64,000 nucleotides of DNA from Candidatus Spongiisociaceae bacterium (GCA_965262915.1 OZ253564.1:480001-544000); one strand, 5' to 3'. Positions 9,477-20,278 are shown, counted from the first letter of the stretch. The notes: generated by a model from the letters alone, not told the origin. A program made the numbers and translations.

Positions 9477-12221
9477 ATGACCAGGCCTCCGGACCGGCCC
9501 GCATCGGACCGCCTGCCGCGGCTGGTCCCCGGGACAGGTCTCGTCTCGTTCCCACCCACCGAGTTGTGGGAAGACTGGGAGGAGTACGACGCCAAGGCAT
9601 GGCCCGAGAGGGTCAAGCGCCGCTACCGCCTGGTGCCCACCACCTGCTTCAACTGCGAGGCCGGATGCGGCCTGCTGGCCTACGTCGACAAGGACAGCGG
9701 CCGGGTACGCCGGTTCGAGGGCAACCCGGAGCATCCCGGATCGAGGGGTCGCAACTGTGCCAAGGGCCCGGCGACCCTCAACCAGATGTACGACCCGGAG
9801 CGGATCCTCCACCCGCTACGCAGGGCGGGACCGCGCGGCGAAGGCAAGTGGGAGCGGGTCTCCTGGGAGGACGCTCTCCAGGACATTGCAGCGCGGATCA
9901 GAGGGGCGCTGATCGAGGATCGCCACGACGAGATCATCTACCACGTGGGAAGGCCCGGGGAAGACGGCTTCATCGACCGCATCCTGCGGTCGTGGGGGGT
10001 GGACGGACACAACAGCCATACCAACATCTGCTCGTCCGGGGCCCGCACCGGGTACGCCATGTGGATGGGCTTCGACCGGCCCTCCGCGGACTTCGCCAAC
10101 GCCCGGTTCATCCTGCTGCTGTCCGCCCAACTCGAATCCGGTCACTACTTCAACCCCCACGCCCAGCGCATCATCGAGGCCAAGCAATCCGGGGCGAAGT
10201 TGGCCACCATCGACCCGCGCCTCTCCAATACCGCATCCATGTCCGACTACTGGCTCTCTCCCTGGCCCGGCACCGAAGCAGCCATGCTGCTGGCCATTGC
10301 GAGCCGGCTTCTGGAATGGGACGCCGTCGACCACGAGTTCATGCGTCGGTGGGTCAACTGGGAGGCCTCGCTCGCTGCTCGGGCGCCGGAGCGGCCCCGC
10401 ACCTACGAGAGCTTCGTCGAGCTGCTGCGCGAGACGTATGCCCGCTACACGATCGACTACGCGGTCGAGGAGACCGGGGTCGACCGCGACCGGATCGAAG
10501 CCGTGGCCCACGGCATCGCGGAGGCTGGACACCGCTTCGCGTCGCACACTTGGCGGGCCGCCGGATCGGGAAACCTGGGAGGCTGGCAGGTCGCCCGGTG
10601 CCTGTTCTTCCTGCATGTGCTGACCGGATCGGTGGGTACGGAGGGGGGCACATCCCCGAGCGCCTGGGACAAGTTCAAGCCCGACCACTGGAACATGCCC
10701 CCTCCTGCCAACCGGTGGAACGAGCTGATCTGGCCGGCCGAGTTCCCCCTCAGCCACTTCGAGATGAGCTACCTGCTCCCCCACTTTCTCAAGGAAGGAC
10801 GGGGTCGCCTCGAGGTCTACTTCACCCGTGTCTACAACCCGGTCTGGACCAACCCCGACGGTTTCACCTGGCTCGAGGTCCTCACCGACGAGGACCGGGT
10901 CGGCCTCCATGTGGCACTCACGCCCACATGGTCGGAGACGGCTTGGTTCGCCGATTACGTCCTGCCCATGGGTGTCGGCTCCGAGCGTCACGACACCCTC
11001 TCCTACGAGACCCACGCGGCGCGCTGGCTCGGCTTCCGCCAGCCGGTACTGCGGGTGTCCGGCGAGCGGGACGGTCACCGGTACGAGCGCACCTACGAGG
11101 CCAACCCGGGCGAGGTATGGGAGGAGAACGAATTCTGGATCGACCTGTCGTGGCGGATCGATCCGGACGGATCCCTAGGGATACGCCATTGGTATGAGTC
11201 GCCCAACGATCCCTCCCGCCCGGTGAGTGTCGACGAGTACTACGGGTGGATGTTCGACAACTCGGTTCCCGGTCTCCCGGAGCGGGCCGAGCAGGAAGGC
11301 CTCACTCCGCTCGACTACATGCGCAAGTACGGGGCCTTCGAGATCGATCGGGATCGCTACCGGATCAACGAAGCCACCGTTCCGTCCGATCAGCCCGGTG
11401 TGGACATCGACGGACAGCGCATGAGCGGTTTCGTCTCCCCGTCCCGTCTCCTCGAGTGGCACTCCGATACGCTCGAGGCTTGGAACTGGGCGGATGCGGC
11501 CATACCCACCTACCTGAAGTCCCACGTGTACTGGAGGGACCTGGATCTGCAGGGCGACGAACGCATACTGCTTCCGATCTTCCGGCTGCCGACGCTGATC
11601 CATACCCGCTCGGGCAACGCCAAGTATCTGTACGAGATAAGCCACGGCCATCCGCTGTGGATGAACCCGCGTGACGCCGACCAGCTCGGGTTCGCCACCG
11701 GCGACTTGGTGCGCATCACGACCGACATCGGCTATTTGGTAATGCGCGCCTGGCGGACCGAGGGCATCAGACCCGGAGTGGTGGCGGCCTCCCACCACAT
11801 GGGCCGGTGGCGGCTCGATCCCAAAGTCGGAAACGAGCGGTGGTCCTCGGCTCTGGTGAATGTCGAGCGGCACAACGGTGGCTGGCTACTCCGTCACAAG
11901 ACCGGTATCGAACCGTTCCGATCCGACGATCCCGACAGCGAGCGGATCTGGTGGCGGGACCCGGGCGTCCACCAGAACCTCGCCTTCCCGGTACATCCCG
12001 ACCCGGTGTCGGGTATGCACGCATGGCACCAGCGGGTTCGCCTGGGCGGGGCAAGCCCCGACGACCGCTACGGGGATGTTTTCGTGGATACCGCCAGATC
12101 ACACGAGATTTACCGGGAGTGGATGGGCCGGACACGTCCCGGGCCGGGACCCGGAGGTCTGCGGCGGCCGCGCTGGCTAGCCAGGCCACTCCCGCCGGTC
12201 CCGGATGCCTACGAGGTCTGA
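9477..12221 (+). CDS. molybdopterin (bis-MGD) oxidoreductase catalytic subunit, no Tat leader
   Basis: TTCFNCEAGC..CAKG FS0 motif, WSETAWFADYVLP, HTRSGN, MNPRDA C-terminal domain. Confidence 0.9.
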   Translation: MTRPPDRPASDRLPRLVPGTGLVSFPPTELWEDWEEYDAKAWPERVKRRYRLVPTTCFNCEAGCGLLAYVDKDSGRVRRFEGNPEHPGSRGRNCAKGPATLNQMYDPERILHPLRRAGPRGEGKWERVSWEDALQDIAARIRGALIEDRHDEIIYHVGRPGEDGFIDRILRSWGVDGHNSHTNICSSGARTGYAMWMGFDRPSADFANARFILLLSAQLESGHYFNPHAQRIIEAKQSGAKLATIDPRLSNTASMSDYWLSPWPGTEAAMLLAIASRLLEWDAVDHEFMRRWVNWEASLAARAPERPRTYESFVELLRETYARYTIDYAVEETGVDRDRIEAVAHGIAEAGHRFASHTWRAAGSGNLGGWQVARCLFFLHVLTGSVGTEGGTSPSAWDKFKPDHWNMPPPANRWNELIWPAEFPLSHFEMSYLLPHFLKEGRGRLEVYFTRVYNPVWTNPDGFTWLEVLTDEDRVGLHVALTPTWSETAWFADYVLPMGVGSERHDTLSYETHAARWLGFRQPVLRVSGERDGHRYERTYEANPGEVWEENEFWIDLSWRIDPDGSLGIRHWYESPNDPSRPVSVDEYYGWMFDNSVPGLPERAEQEGLTPLDYMRKYGAFEIDRDRYRINEATVPSDQPGVDIDGQRMSGFVSPSRLLEWHSDTLEAWNWADAAIPTYLKSHVYWRDLDLQGDERILLPIFRLPTLIHTRSGNAKYLYEISHGHPLWMNPRDADQLGFATGDLVRITTDIGYLVMRAWRTEGIRPGVVAASHHMGRWRLDPKVGNERWSSALVNVERHNGGWLLRHKTGIEPFRSDDPDSERIWWRDPGVHQNLAFPVHPDPVSGMHAWHQRVRLGGASPDDRYGDVFVDTARSHEIYREWMGRTRPGPGPGGLRRPRWLARPLPPVPDAYEV

Positions 12222-12927
12222 CGGGAGCAGCCCGGCCACCATTGCGGCCGACAACGAAGCTGCCGCCTGGGAGAGGGTCGTAACCCTGGTCGAAAGCGGG
12301 TTCCCGGCCGGAGGACCCACCGAGGCGTCCGTGGTCCGGTTCCACGATCCGAGCGCCGACCTCGAAGCAAGAGCTGCCCGATGGGGATTCACTCCGGTCA
12401 CGGGCTGTCTGGACGAGGTGGCCAGGTTCGCCGGAGGGTTAGCCCTCGCCGAGGCACGGGCCCGGCGCGACGGCCAGGCCGACATCGCGCTCGCCGCCTA
12501 CGTAGAACGCCGGCGCTTGGTGGGTGATCGTCTGGTTCATTGGGCCGTTCCGTGGCTCCTGGCGGCATCCGCCCAACCCGGCGACGACGCCGGAACCGCC
12601 GCCAGGTTGTTGCTCGAAGTGGCCGATCGGCTTCACCCCGTACCCGCAACAGGGGCGGTGGAAGGCCTGTACCCGCCTGGTGAGGACTCCTACGGTCCCG
12701 TGGACCCGCCGGTTCCCATCGACCAGCTCCTCACTTCGGTGTGGTCGGGTCAGGCAGCGGGCGATACGAGAGGGTGTGTGGACCGGGGTCCCGACGACTT
12801 CGCGGCTGCCGCGCTCATCTGGCGGCGTCTGGCAGCCGACCATCCGGGCACCGCCCAACTGTGGCTCGATCTGGCAGCCCGCGCCGAGCGAAGCGCGCAA
12901 CTTCTGCGATGCGAACCCAAGCCGTGA
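12205..12927 (+). CDS. TorD/DmsD-like maturation chaperone (divergent)
   Basis: Overlaps the Mo subunit stop; helical, with DRLVHWAVPWL resembling the chaperone HLxxWxPxF motif. Confidence 0.55.
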   Translation: MPTRSDGSSPATIAADNEAAAWERVVTLVESGFPAGGPTEASVVRFHDPSADLEARAARWGFTPVTGCLDEVARFAGGLALAEARARRDGQADIALAAYVERRRLVGDRLVHWAVPWLLAASAQPGDDAGTAARLLLEVADRLHPVPATGAVEGLYPPGEDSYGPVDPPVPIDQLLTSVWSGQAAGDTRGCVDRGPDDFAAAALIWRRLAADHPGTAQLWLDLAARAERSAQLLRCEPKP

Positions 12928-12997
12928 GGCCGCCTCTCGGCGCACCGGCGGAATCCCAATGGCGACCCGCCGTTAGCGGCTCTCCCCTTGCCGGCGG

Positions 12998-13993
12998 TCA
13001 GTCGTTCGGGGGATAGGGGCCCACCGCCGCCTCACCACCAGGCGCCGCCGCTGGAAACGTCGGGAGGGCTTCCGCCAACGCGACCCAGTCCTTGTCGGCT
13101 ACCGGCTGGGTTGCGGAGGCGATGTCTTCCGCCACATCCGAGGGCCGCCGCGGTCCGATGAGGGTCGTGGCGATGCGCTCTTCGCGCAGGCAGAACTGCA
13201 ACGCCAGCGCCCGTAGGTCCACGCGTCGGTCTCCTGCCCATTCCCAGATCCGGCGAGCTCGTGCGATGTCCCGAGCCCTCAGCTTCCACATGCCGGTTGC
13301 GGCCCGGATGGCCACTATCTCCTCGGGATCGATACCTGAAAGGAGTCCAGCCAGGAACGGTGAGGCGTTGATGAATCCGAGGCCCCGCTCCGCTGCCAAC
13401 TCGATCAGGTGCTCGGATGATGTACGCATCAGGTTGTAGTCGTAAGGACTCTGGATCACGTCGAACCGCCCCGATTCGATCGCGATCCGCTGGTATTGGT
13501 GGTTCTGCACTCCGAGGCCGATAGCCCCCACCTTGCCCTCCGACTTGAGTTTCTCGAGGGCCGCTACGGCGCCGCCCGCCTCCAAGACGGCATCCATGTC
13601 GTGAGGGTCATGGACCAGGGCGATGTCGATGTGTTCGGTTCCGATGACTTCCAGGCTCTGCTCGATGATCCATGCGGCGGTCCCGCCGGTCATGTCTCCC
13701 GGTCGAGCCGGATGGCTCCCCACCTTGGTGGCCAGCACCACCCGGTCGCGCCACCCGTCGCGAAGGGCGATGCCGACCCGCCGGTCGCTGTCGCCGCCAC
13801 GATACCCCGGCGCCGTATCGATGTAGTTCAGGCCGGACCGGAGGGCGGTTCGGAGGGTGGCCACGGCGAGCTCGTCGACGGCTTCCGGATCCGTGACCTC
13901 CGGGTGGGCCCCCAAAGAGCCCGTGCCGATCCCGATCGGCGAGACACGGATACCGGTCCGCCCGAGAGCCCGCTTCCGTAGCAGTTCCGTCAT
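12998..13993 (-). CDS. aldo/keto reductase
   Basis: RALGRTGIRVSPIGIG, YIDTAPGY, LATKVG, IALVHDP. Confidence 0.92.
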   Translation of the reverse strand: MTELLRKRALGRTGIRVSPIGIGTGSLGAHPEVTDPEAVDELAVATLRTALRSGLNYIDTAPGYRGGDSDRRVGIALRDGWRDRVVLATKVGSHPARPGDMTGGTAAWIIEQSLEVIGTEHIDIALVHDPHDMDAVLEAGGAVAALEKLKSEGKVGAIGLGVQNHQYQRIAIESGRFDVIQSPYDYNLMRTSSEHLIELAAERGLGFINASPFLAGLLSGIDPEEIVAIRAATGMWKLRARDIARARRIWEWAGDRRVDLRALALQFCLREERIATTLIGPRRPSDVAEDIASATQPVADKDWVALAEALPTFPAAAPGGEAAVGPYPPND

Positions 13994-14025
13994 GCAAGTA
14001 CCTCCCCGGGCGCCGGAAGAACAGA

Positions 14026-15057
14026 CTAGGAAGATGGGTCCAACGTAGGGAAGTCGCCAGTGGTCTGAGCCAGCCACTGGCGGATGCCGGCCTCCGCCGT
14101 TGACTTGAGCGACTCGGACGCTGTGCTGTGGGTGATCGAGGCTTCGGCGATGGCGGCAATCCGCTGGTCGGAAAACTCGAAGGCGTCGCGAGCCAGTTCG
14201 TACTCGCTGAGAAGCGAGCACCCGAATAGGAGCGGGTCATCGGCGTTGAGGCTGACCCGTACCCCATTGTCGACCAGGATGGGCAGAGGGTGTACCTCCA
14301 GGCTCTCTGTGGCGCCGACCGCAACGTTGCTGGTCGGGCATACGTCGAGGCAGACGTTGCGGTCGACGAGCCGTTGTAGCAATGCATCGTCTCCGGCCGC
14401 GGCGATGCCGTGCTGGATTCGCGCCACCTCGAACCCGAGGGCGGCGGCCACCTGGTTGGGACGGCTGGACTCGCCCGCATGGGGGGTGAGCGCCAAGCCG
14501 GCTCCGGAGGCGATTGCAAACGCCTCGGCGAAGTCTTCGACGGGGTAGGCCAGCTCGTCGTTGACCAGGCCGAACGCGCCGATGACATCAGGGTCCCCAC
14601 GGGCGGCCAGGCGCGCCTGGCGGACTGCGTCGGTGGGACCCAGATCACGATCCGCGGGCACGATCAGTCTTCCCCCGATGCCGATTCTCGACCTCGCGCT
14701 CCGGAGGGCGTCGGTCACGATCTCGAGGACCAACTCGCCAGGCCCGATCACCTCCGTGAAGCTGTCGAGGTACAACGTCGGCTCCACCCACACGGCGCCG
14801 TCGAGCGCGGCGTCCTCGACCACCTCGAAGACCAGCCGGCTGAGGTGATCGGCATTGCGAATCGCCCGGTTGGCCAGCGCATAGGCCGTTTGGAAGTGGT
14901 TGAAGTCGACGAAACGGTCCGGTAGAGCCATCGGTGTCCCGTTCTCGTCGTTCAGCGCGGCGAGGGTCTCCGGCCGCATCGAACCCACCATGTGGAGATG
15001 CAGGTGGGCCTTCGGCAATTCTCGGAGGCTCCTGCGCGCCGGTCCGGGTTGGGCCAT
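14026..15057 (-). CDS. add: adenosine deaminase
   Basis: LPKAHLHLH, PHAGE, RIQHG, CPTSN, NADDP. Confidence 0.88.
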   Translation of the reverse strand: MAQPGPARRSLRELPKAHLHLHMVGSMRPETLAALNDENGTPMALPDRFVDFNHFQTAYALANRAIRNADHLSRLVFEVVEDAALDGAVWVEPTLYLDSFTEVIGPGELVLEIVTDALRSARSRIGIGGRLIVPADRDLGPTDAVRQARLAARGDPDVIGAFGLVNDELAYPVEDFAEAFAIASGAGLALTPHAGESSRPNQVAAALGFEVARIQHGIAAAGDDALLQRLVDRNVCLDVCPTSNVAVGATESLEVHPLPILVDNGVRVSLNADDPLLFGCSLLSEYELARDAFEFSDQRIAAIAEASITHSTASESLKSTAEAGIRQWLAQTTGDFPTLDPSS

Positions 15058-15092
15058 AATTGGGGAACAGCCTAAATGGACGGGTGTTGTAT

Positions 15093-16151
15093 ATGGTCTC
15101 AGGAAGGTCGCTCCGGGCTTCCGCCGGTCGATGGCGACTGACGAGGCAGTCGGGTTCGGATTCGAGCCTGGGAGGCACCTTCAAGCGATGGCGTAGGCGG
15201 CGTTCCTCCCGCACTGCTTCGCTGGGCACCGCCATCCTCTTCTTGTTGCCCGCCTTGCTGGTAATCGGGGTATTCCACCTCTACGGGACCGGTCGCAACA
15301 TCTACCTCTCGCTCACCGACTGGACCCTGGCGGGCGCCGAGTTCGTGGGCCTGGTGAACTACATCGACCTGGTACAGAATGGGGACTTCTGGAACTCGGT
15401 GAAGGTGAGCTTCTTCTTCGGCTTCGTGGTGCCGGCTACGGTCATCGTCGCCATACCGGTCGCCTACCTTCTCCACTACGTGATCCGCAAGAGCTACCTC
15501 TACCGGCTCCTGCTGTTCGTCCCCTTCATCGTTCCCACCGTCGCCACGAGCCTTGTCTGGGGACTCGTATTCGCCCCGAGTCCGACCGGAGTCCTGAACG
15601 CGTCGCTCCTGCCCTTCGGCGTGAGGCGCCAGTCGTATATTCTCGACTCGACCGGTGTTGTCGAATGGGTTGCGGGTTGGTTCGGTGCGACCGTTCCCGG
15701 TTGGGCGGAAGGTCCGAGCATCGCCATGGCGATCCTCCTGCTGGTCAGGTTCTGGCAGATGCTCGGGTTCACCGTTCTGATCCTGTACGCCGGCATGACC
15801 CGTATCGACCCGGACCTCCTGGACGCGGCACGCGTGGACGGCGCCAGCGAGCCGAAGATCCTGCGACGGGTGGTGGTTCCGGTGCTCTCTCCGACGATCC
15901 TGTTCGTAGTGGTCGTCTCCTTGGTGTTCGCTCTGCGCGAGTTCAACACCATCTTCGTCCTGACCCAGGGGGGTCCGGCCCGCACGACCGAAACCCTGTC
16001 GATGCTCATGTACCGGCAGTTCTGGGGTGACAACCTGTTCGCGGTGGGAGCCGCCACGGCCACGGCCCTCTTCCTGATCATCCTCCTGGTCACCTGGCTC
16101 CAGTTCCGGTTGAGCCGGCGATGGGTCCACTACACCGCGGGGACAGTGTGA
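15093..16151 (+). CDS. carbohydrate ABC permease (start uncertain)
   Basis: FVGLVNY, DAARVDGAS EAA loop, LTQGGP. Confidence 0.9.
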   Translation: MVSGRSLRASAGRWRLTRQSGSDSSLGGTFKRWRRRRSSRTASLGTAILFLLPALLVIGVFHLYGTGRNIYLSLTDWTLAGAEFVGLVNYIDLVQNGDFWNSVKVSFFFGFVVPATVIVAIPVAYLLHYVIRKSYLYRLLLFVPFIVPTVATSLVWGLVFAPSPTGVLNASLLPFGVRRQSYILDSTGVVEWVAGWFGATVPGWAEGPSIAMAILLLVRFWQMLGFTVLILYAGMTRIDPDLLDAARVDGASEPKILRRVVVPVLSPTILFVVVVSLVFALREFNTIFVLTQGGPARTTETLSMLMYRQFWGDNLFAVGAATATALFLIILLVTWLQFRLSRRWVHYTAGTV

Positions 16152-16978
16152 TGGCTGCCGGCCACTCTTCCCAGACCAGAATGTTCGCCCACATGGTCCT
16201 GGTCGTGCTCTGTACCTTCGCCCTGGCGCCTCTCTACTGGATGGTGACCACCTCCCTCAAGCCCCTGGACGAGGCCTTGCTGGTACCCCCTACGATCATT
16301 CCCGAAACGGCGTCCATCACGACCTATATCGAGATCTTCCTCGAAACGATGATGGCGCGCTGGATACTGAACTCCCTGTTCGTAGCGGTTCTCTCGGCAA
16401 GCGGCAACGTGCTGTTCGGAGCGCTGGCGGGATACGCCCTGGTACGGATCCGATTCCGGGGACGCAAAGTGATCCTGATGCTGGTCCTGGCCAGCTTCAT
16501 GATCCCCTTCGAGGCCACCTTCATCGCCAACTACGTGCTCATCAACGATCTCGGCTGGTACAACACCTACACGGCCTTGATCGTGCCCTGGATGGCCGGA
16601 GCGTTCGCGGTGTTCATGTTCCGCCAGGAATTCCTCGGGATCTCCGATGACCTGTTCGACTCGGCCTACGTGGACGGCAGTTCGGAGATCCGAGCATTCT
16701 GGTCGATCGGCCTTCCCCTGGTACGGGCGGCAGCGGTGACCGTCTTTCTGATCACGTTCATCTGGTCCTGGAACGCGCTCCTGTGGCCTCTCTTCGTAAC
16801 CGCGGATGCGGAGTTGCGCGTTGTGCAACTCGGGCTGGTTTCCTTCCAGACGGAGGGTGCCGTATTCATCAACATGCTGATGGCAGCGGCCGTCATCGGC
16901 ATCCTTCCCGTGGGTATCCTGTTCTTGGTAGGTCAGAGATTCGTCATAGAGGGTGTTACCCAGGGAGGTATCAAGTAG
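16151..16978 (+). CDS. carbohydrate ABC permease
   Basis: DSAYVDGSS loop, FIWSWNALLWP; start overlaps upstream stop (TGATG). Confidence 0.92.
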   Translation: MAAGHSSQTRMFAHMVLVVLCTFALAPLYWMVTTSLKPLDEALLVPPTIIPETASITTYIEIFLETMMARWILNSLFVAVLSASGNVLFGALAGYALVRIRFRGRKVILMLVLASFMIPFEATFIANYVLINDLGWYNTYTALIVPWMAGAFAVFMFRQEFLGISDDLFDSAYVDGSSEIRAFWSIGLPLVRAAAVTVFLITFIWSWNALLWPLFVTADAELRVVQLGLVSFQTEGAVFINMLMAAAVIGILPVGILFLVGQRFVIEGVTQGGIK

Positions 16979-17039
16979 CCCGGGTAGGCGGCGTTTCGCG
17001 GACCGGCGATGTGAGCAGTGAATAGACGAGGGAGCAGGT

Positions 17040-18575
17040 ATGAAAGATAGATCTTCCCGACCAAAGGGCATGACCCTCGGGGTGTTGTTGGTGGTTATGG
17101 CCCTGATCGCCGCAGCTTGCGGCGACGACGAGCCGGCTGCCACCACAGCCGCCCCGGCTGCGACGACTGCGGCGCCCGCCACGACCGAGGCGGCTATGGA
17201 GGAAACGGAGACGACCGAGGCGGCTCCTGCCACGACCGAGGCGGCTATGGAGGAAACGGAGACGACCGAGGCGGCTCCTGCCACCACCGAGGCGATGGAG
17301 GAAACGACCACCACCCTCGCGCAGCTCGAGCCCGCCACCATCCAGTTCTGGCACGTCTACAGCGGGCCGCTGGAAGAGGCGATGAACGAACTCGTGGCCA
17401 GGTTCGAGGCCAAGTATCCCCAGATAGACGTGGAGGCCCAGTTCACCGGGGGCTACTACCCGACCTCCCAGAAGATCGCGGGCGCCATCGAGGCCGACGA
17501 CCTCCCGAACCTGACGGTCGCCTTCGAGGACGGGGCGGTCAACTGGGGACGTGCCGGCGTCCTGCTCGACCTGACCGACTACGTGAGCGATCCGGCAATC
17601 GGGGTTGACGTGGCCGACTTCCTGCCGGTGGAGATCGCCAGGAACACCTACCTGTCCGAGGGTGGGCGGATGCTCAGCTTCCCGTGGACGGTGGCGATCG
17701 CGGTGATGTTCCACAACCTGGACATGCTGAACGGCCTGGGTTTCGACGGTCCGGCCGAGACCTGGGACGAGTTCCTTGCCCAGTGCGAGGTGATCCTCAC
17801 CGAACTGAACAAGAGCTGTTACTCGATACAGGTCGACGCCTCCATGTGGAATGCCACGGGCTTCACCTACGGAGGTTTCCCGACCATTGACGTCGAGGCG
17901 CGGGCCACCAGGTACGGTGAAGAGCCGTGGACCAAGGCTCTGGACCTCTTCGCGACCGTCATCGAAAAGGGTTACGGGTTCCCGACAGTGGGCCGGGCCG
18001 ACGAGGCGACAGCCAACCTGAGCGACTTCGCCTCCCAGCAGGTCGCCTACATAATGACCTCCAGCCGCTGGGTTCCTTTCGTAGAGGAGGGAGTAGCCGG
18101 CGCCTTCAACTGGAGCGTGGGAGCTATCCCGCAGGAGTTCGAGGGCGCCGATCCGGTGACGGTTCTGTTCGGTCCCAACGCGGTAGCGTTCAACACCACC
18201 GAGGCCGAGAACCTGGCCACGTGGGAGTTCATCAAGTTCCTGTCGAGCCCGGATAGCCAGGCCTACTGGGCGGCCACGTCTGGCAACCTGCCCAGCAGGT
18301 TGAGCGTTGGTGACTCGGCCGAGTACTCGGCCTTCCTGGAGACCTCGCCGCCGATGGCGGCTGCTTGGGAGATCCTTCCCTACGCTCTTTCGGAGTTGCC
18401 GATGACCGACGAGGGCAACCTGGGCCCGCCCCCGTTCTCCTTCCGAATTCTCCAGCAGGACGTGCAGGCGGAACTCCTCACCGGCAATATGAGCCGCGAG
18501 GAGGCACAGCGCAAGCTCGTCGAGGATGGCGCGACCCTGCTCGGCGAGTACTACGCGAGACTGTTCGATTCGTAA
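17040..18575 (+). CDS. ABC substrate-binding lipoprotein (UgpB/MalE-like) with Thr/Ala/Glu linker
   Basis: Lipobox IAAAC, IQFWH, AWEFIKFL-like motif. Confidence 0.9.
   Translation: MKDRSSRPKGMTLGVLLVVMALIAAACGDDEPAATTAAPAATTAAPATTEAAMEETETTEAAPATTEAAMEETETTEAAPATTEAMEETTTTLAQLEPATIQFWHVYSGPLEEAMNELVARFEAKYPQIDVEAQFTGGYYPTSQKIAGAIEADDLPNLTVAFEDGAVNWGRAGVLLDLTDYVSDPAIGVDVADFLPVEIARNTYLSEGGRMLSFPWTVAIAVMFHNLDMLNGLGFDGPAETWDEFLAQCEVILTELNKSCYSIQVDASMWNATGFTYGGFPTIDVEARATRYGEEPWTKALDLFATVIEKGYGFPTVGRADEATANLSDFASQQVAYIMTSSRWVPFVEEGVAGAFNWSVGAIPQEFEGADPVTVLFGPNAVAFNTTEAENLATWEFIKFLSSPDSQAYWAATSGNLPSRLSVGDSAEYSAFLETSPPMAAAWEILPYALSELPMTDEGNLGPPPFSFRILQQDVQAELLTGNMSREEAQRKLVEDGATLLGEYYARLFDS
17178..17310 (+). 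repeat. 51-bp tandem repeat (2 exact copies + 1 partial) encoding ATTEAAMEETETTEAAP
   Basis: Identical units at 17178-17228 and 17229-17279. Confidence 0.9.
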
Positions 18576-18717
18576 GCACCGGAGCGCGCTTACGATCTGA
18601 CCCTGACCATGCCTGGTGCCGGTTGCCGAGAAGTAGGCGACCGGCACCGGCGCGGTTGGGGACATACAAACCGGCTGGAAGCTTGCCGGGACACAACCTC
18701 ACGCGGAGGTAACCGAC

Positions 18718-19530
18718 TTGAGACGACAAGCCATCCTGGAAGGTCTCCACCGGCGGATTGCCACGGGCAAGGCGGTACTGGCAGCAGGCTGCAGCGCCGG
18801 GATCATCGCCCGATCGGCCGAAGAGGCAGGAACCGACCTGATCGTCGTCTACAGCACAGGGAAGTCGCGGCTGATGGGGCTACCGACGTGGCGGTTCGGC
18901 GACTCCAACCTGGGCACTCTGGAGATGGCCGCTGAAATTCTCAACGTGGTGAAGTCAACGCCGGTGATCGGCGGCGTCGAGGCCAACGACCCGACTCGTA
19001 AGGACCTCGACGCCCTCCTCGACCGGTTCCAGGCCGCCGGATTCGATGGAGTGATCAACTTTCCGACGCTCACGAACATGCCGGATCAGCGCCGGAGAGC
19101 GGAGATGGTCGGCTACGGCTTCGACCGTGAGGTTGATGCCATCAGCCTGGCCCGTTCTCGCGATCTCTTCACCATGGCCTACGTGGCCAGCGCGGAGGAT
19201 GCAGCCGCAATGGCAGCCGCGGGAGCGGACGTGATCGTCACCCATTCCGGTCCGACCACCGGTGGCACCGTCGGCTACGAGGACGACCGCTCCGTCGAGT
19301 CAGTGTGCCGGCAGGCTCAGGCCCTCATCGACGCCGCAGTGGCGGAGAACCCTGATGTGATCCCGCTTCTGCACGGGGGAAGGCTGGCAACGCCCGCAGA
19401 GGTGCGGAAGGCGCTGGTTCTGACGAGTGCCGTCGGCTTCGTCGGGGCGTCGAGCATCGAACGGATTCCCGTGGAACGAGCGATCCGGGCCGTGGTACGC
19501 GAGTTCAGAGATCTGCCCGCGGCGGAGTAG
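18718..19530 (+). CDS. phosphoenolpyruvate hydrolase-like TIM-barrel protein
   Basis: AGCSAGIIA, DLIVVYSTGKSR, GVINFPT, GFVGASSIERIP. Confidence 0.88.
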   Translation: MRRQAILEGLHRRIATGKAVLAAGCSAGIIARSAEEAGTDLIVVYSTGKSRLMGLPTWRFGDSNLGTLEMAAEILNVVKSTPVIGGVEANDPTRKDLDALLDRFQAAGFDGVINFPTLTNMPDQRRRAEMVGYGFDREVDAISLARSRDLFTMAYVASAEDAAAMAAAGADVIVTHSGPTTGGTVGYEDDRSVESVCRQAQALIDAAVAENPDVIPLLHGGRLATPAEVRKALVLTSAVGFVGASSIERIPVERAIRAVVREFRDLPAAE

Positions 19531-20278
19531 GGACAGAGAAGCAGAGCAGACGCTCAATCGTCGAGTCGGCGCTGGACAGGCGCTCTCACAGCGTTCAACG
19601 TGACCCGGACGCGGGCCGGGTGACCGCGGAACGGGAATGGTCTTCGTAGCGCGTCGAGATCGGCGACAGGGAGTCGCGTCCCACGTCCATGCCGCTCATC
19701 GCGAGGAACTCGAGTACAGGCGGGAAGTGCAGCCAGTCCCCGGTCCGGTCGTCGACGAGACCGAGAACGCGAAAAATGCCGAACCGGACCCCTCCGCCGG
19801 GCCCGCCCCCAACCGCCACCTCCTCGGTTCCCGAACGCGTCCCGCCATCCCCTACGAGGGGTCGGCTCCGACGACCTGATCCCTGCCCCGGTCCGGTCGG
19901 TACCGGAAAACAGACCGGTGGTGTTTACGGCTACTTACCAGTATGCAAGAGGACTGTGACATGTCAACCCCCTTGTGGCGGCGCGGTCGGTCCCCTCGGG
20001 GATGCTGTGAGTGGGTGGGCATGCCGATCGTGGGACGACGCCGGTCCTGGAACACAGCGAACCAATGACTCGGAACACCGGGGATCTGCATACCGTAAGC
20101 GTCTCCACGGGGGAAGCCCTCCATGCCCGAGGATATTCGTGGAGCAATGCACCTGGCCAGGGTGACGGTAGTGGTGGGAAGTCGAGTATCGACCAGATCC
20201 CGTTCGAGCGGGCGTCCGCCACACGGTACGATCACTCGGGGCTCTGCTCACCGGTAGCAGGAAGAGGAGGAGATAGGT

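Noticed and set aside
9566-11197. 543-aa alternative-frame ORF and other long Arg/Pro-rich overlapping ORFs (e.g. 16971-18665, 9816-11078)
   Set aside because: High-GC off-frame or antisense artefacts overlapping well-supported genes.
19595-20235. Short ORFs between the PEP hydrolase and epimerase genes
   Set aside because: No motif or consistent frame; left unannotated.
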